Shown: positions 63,716 to 64,000 of the stretch, in pieces
Position numbering within the stretch: the first letter of the stretch is position 1
How the letters are laid out: each line of letters opens with the position of its first letter
NCBI GenBank assembly: GCA_034925865.1
Contig: JAYFRN010000006.1
Coordinates: forward strand, 10,236-74,235
Source: Oscillospiraceae bacterium
GTDB taxonomy: Bacteria; Bacillota; Clostridia; Oscillospirales; SIG627
Direction: 5' to 3'
Length of the DNA stretch: 64,000 bases
The notes under the pieces: generated by a model
Databases searched by the model: none
What the model saw: only the letters and a program-made list of their open reading frames with translations
Told to the model about the DNA's origin: nothing
Program-made: the position numbers and the translations under genes

Positions 63716-64000
63716 CAAATCCGCTTCGTTCCTGCCGGCTGTGTCCGAGGGATTGCGGCACCGACAGAACGGTCTCAAAGCCGCGCGGCTTTTGCCGCTG
63801 CGGTGAACAGCCGTATATTGTAAACAGTTACCTTCATCACTGGGAGGAACCATGTATAAGCGGAACAGACGGCATACGCGGCAGCGGTGCCGTTTTTTTC
63901 TCATCATGTCAGCTCAGATGCGTATACTGCCAAAACAATGATTTCTCACGCAAGGAGACAGGGACGGCATTTACTCCGCAGATGCTTTCAGAGCTTTTTC
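63712..64000 (+). CDS. Radical SAM protein, PflX-like (putative pyruvate formate-lyase activating enzyme family), 5' part only
   Basis: My own translation from ATG 63712 (ATGA overlap with the ACP stop): MTNPLRSCRLCPRDCGTDRTVSKPRGFCRCGEQ...SSCQLRCVYCQN (CxxxCxxC). Open to the window end and not listed in the ORF track. Confidence 0.7.
   Translation, partial: MTNPLRSCRLCPRDCGTDRTVSKPRGFCRCGEQPYIVNSYLHHWEEPCISGTDGIRGSGAVFFSSCQLRCVYCQNNDFSRKETGTAFTPQMLSELF

Overview
64-kb chromosomal window from a low-GC Gram-positive anaerobe. Gene content and synteny look like Clostridia; the species cannot be identified from sequence alone. I support about 49 protein-coding genes. I found no rRNA, tRNA, CRISPR array, transposase, integrase or phage genes. 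The core is housekeeping. On the plus strand, yicC-remA-gmk-rpoZ-priA-def-fmt-(YugP-like peptidase)-rsmB-rlmN-stp-prkC-rsgA (4.8-18.0 kb) matches the Bacillus subtilis yloC..cpgA region. On the minus strand there are lon-engB-FAH-helicase (20.8-27.2 kb), pcrA and potABCD; on the plus strand tgt and addBA. Accessory or unusual parts: (1) at the left edge, a SipW-type signal peptidase operon with a TasA/camelysin-like exported protein, an ABC ATPase homolog with all catalytic motifs degenerate, and the start of a membrane protein cut by the window; (2) an 830-aa surface protein made of two diverged ~320-aa repeats, which shares a C-terminal [ET]TGD-TM-basic tail with a second secreted protein next to a GH35 beta-galactosidase; (3) a PD-(D/E)XK nuclease fused to an XPD/DinG-type Fe-S helicase, translationally coupled to an FAH-family gene; (4) a SLOG(DUF1273)-BadF-type ATPase-radical SAM trio; (5) three tandem paralogous orphan solute-binding lipoproteins with duplicated promoters and hairpins, the third carrying an in-frame ~43-aa deletion, coupled to an EF-hand-containing alpha/beta hydrolase interrupted by one in-frame TAA; (6) an acyl-CoA ligase-ACP-radical SAM operon behind a perfect consensus promoter, running off the right edge. 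None of these is demonstrably a new system from sequence alone. The SipW/dead-ABC operon, the nuclease-helicase fusion, the shared C-terminal tail and the lipoprotein array are the best candidates for follow-up.
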